From Heterodontus francisci (Eukaryota), in assembly GCF_036365525.1 (NCBI RefSeq), contig NW_027140807.1:1674001-1738000 (forward strand): DNA of 64,000 bases, written 5' to 3'. The translations under genes and the position numbers were made by a program. Numbering within the stretch: position 1 is the first letter of the stretch; every line of letters starts with the position of its first letter. The notes under the pieces were generated by a model. The model was not told where the DNA came from and ran no database searches. It saw only the letters and a program-made list of their open reading frames with translations. Positions 61,855-64,000 of the stretch are shown piece after piece.

Positions 61855-64000
61855 CTTCATGGGTGGTTGTCATGGACTGCGACACCGACCAGCCCCTGGT
61901 GTGCAGCAAGGTTGGACTCAAACCAAAGAAGCTGCATCACTCCAAGCAGAAGGGCTGCCCGCGCATCACACTGGCAGAATTTCTCATCCACAGCGGTTAC
62001 ATAAGTTTCTAAATTCACCTGAAAAAGCCCTTCAAAACACTCCCACAGGGGATGCAGAGACCAAATGGGCCCACATCAGAGACGCCATCTATGACTCAGC
62101 AATGACCACCTATGGCAAATGTGTGAAGCGGAATGCAGACTGGTTTCAATCTCACATTGAAGATCTGGAACCGATCATAGCCGCTAAGCGCATTACACTG
62201 CTGAACTACACGAAAGCCCCCAGCGAGTTAACATCCGCAGCACTTAAAGCAGCCCGAAGCGCTGTGCATATGACTACTGGCAGCCCCTATGCAGTCATAT
62301 TCAGCTGGGCTCGGACACTGGAAATATCAGAGGAATGTATGATGGCATGAAGAGAACTTTTGGGCCAACCATCAAGAAGATCGCCCCTCTCAAATCTGAA
62401 TCAGGGGACACAATTACTGACCAACGCAAGCAAATGGACCGCTGGGTGGAACACTACCTAGAACTGTACTCCAGGGAAAATGTTGTCACTGATACCACCC
62501 TCAATGCAGCCCAGTCTCTGCCAGTCATGGATGAGCTGGACGTACAGCTAACAAAATCGGAACTTGGTGATGCCATTGATTCTCTAGCCAGTGGAAAAGC
62601 CCCTGGGAAAGGATAGCATTACCCCTGAAATAGTCAAGAGTGCCAAGCCTGCTATACTGTCAGCACTGAACGAAGTGCTTTGCCTGTGCTGGGATGAGGG
62701 AGCAGTACCACAGGACATGCGCGATGCCAATATCATCACCCTCTATATGAACAAGGGTGACCACGGTGACTGCAACAACTACCGTGGAATCTCTCTGCTC
62801 AGCATAGCAGGGAAAGTCTTCGCTCGAGTCGAATTAAACATGCTCCAGAAGCTGGCTGAGCATGTCTACCCTGAGGCACAGTGAGGCTTTCGAGCAGAGA
62901 GATCTACTATTGACATGCTGTTCTCCCTTCGCCAGCTACAGGAGAAATGCTGTGAACAACAGATGTCCCTCTACATTTCTTTCATTGATCTCACCAAAGC
63001 CTTTGACCTCGTCAGCAGACGTGGTCTCTTCAGACTACTAGAAAAGTTTGGATGTCCACCAAAGCTACTAAGTATCATCACCTCATTCCATGACAATATG
63101 AAAGGCACAATTCAGCACAGCGGCGCCTCATCAGACCCCTTTCCTATCCTGAGTGGCGTGAAACAGGGCTGTGTTCTCGCACCTACACTGTTTGGGATCT
63201 TCTTCTCCCTGCTGCTCACACATGCGTTCAAGTCTTCAGAAGAAGGAACTTTCCTCCACACAAGATCAGGGGGCAGGTTGTTCAACCTTGCCCGTCTAAG
63301 ACCGAAGACCAAAGTACGGAAAGTCCTCATCAGAGAACTCCTCTTTGCTGACGATGCAGCATTAACATCTCACACTGAAGAGTGTCTGCAGAGACACATC
63401 GACAGGATTGCGGCTGCCTGCAACGAATTTGACCTCACCATCATCCTCAAGAAAACGAGCATCATGGGACAGGATGTCAGAAATGTTCCATCCATCAATA
63501 TCGGCGTCCACGCTTTGGAAGTGCTTCAAGAGTTCACCGACCTAGGCTCAACTATCACCATTAACCTGTCTCTCGATGCAGAAATCAACAAGCGCATGGG
63601 AAAGGCTTCCGCTGCTATGCCCAGACTGGCCAAGAGGGTGTGGGAAAATGGCGCACTGACACAGAACACAAAAGTCCAAGTGTATCATGCCTGTGTCCTC
63701 AGTACCTTCCTGCATGGCAGCAAGGCCTGGACAACGTATGTCAGCCAAGAGCGACGCCTCAATTCATTCCATCTTCACTGCCTCCGGAGAATGCTTGGCA
63801 TCAGGACCGTATCTCCAACACAGACGTTCTCGAGACGACCAACATCCCCAGCATATAAGCCAGCGGAGCATCAGATGGCTTGGCCATGTGAGCCGCATGG
63901 AAGATGGCAGGATCCCCAAGGACACATTGTACAGCGAGCTCGTCACTGGTATCAGACCCACCAGATGTCCATGTCTCCACTTTAAAGACGTCTGCAAATG
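61855..64000 (+). mobile_element. 5'-truncated, decayed copy of the same RTE LINE family (runs off the window)
   Basis: ORF fragments 61859-63985 closely match the 30421-33612 protein, with frameshifts and stops. Confidence 0.93.

Overview
This is repeat-rich vertebrate DNA, very probably from a cartilaginous fish (CR1, L2 and RTE LINEs; HE1/V-SINE and Deu-domain SINEs). Most ORF-track entries are minisatellite or LINE artefacts, and the real genes are split into short exons the track misses. (1) A multi-exon + strand gene (ATG 26363, stop 58978) encodes a signal peptide, two tandem GP2/uromodulin-type Cys-rich decoy (D8C/D10C) modules, seven 32-aa Ser/Thr/Glu mucin-like repeats each on its own 96-nt exon, and a short hydrophilic tail. 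It has no ZP, TM or GPI segment. (2) The 3' end of a tandem paralog of that gene lies at 2691-6225, within a segmental duplication offset by about 52.7 kb. (3) Between the two paralogs, on the - strand, are two pseudogenised T-cell-receptor V segments with 23-RSSs: one TRBV30-like (CAWS) and one that looks more like a TRDV2-type V-delta. The two decoy modules differ mainly by amino-acid replacements clustered in loops, while the C-terminal exons are almost invariant between paralogs. The best candidate for an undescribed system is therefore a tandem family of secreted variable-head, mucin-stalk, constant-tail decoy proteins interleaved with TCR V segments. All exon calls are manual (GT-AG and phase logic); no database search was run, and repeat boundaries are approximate.
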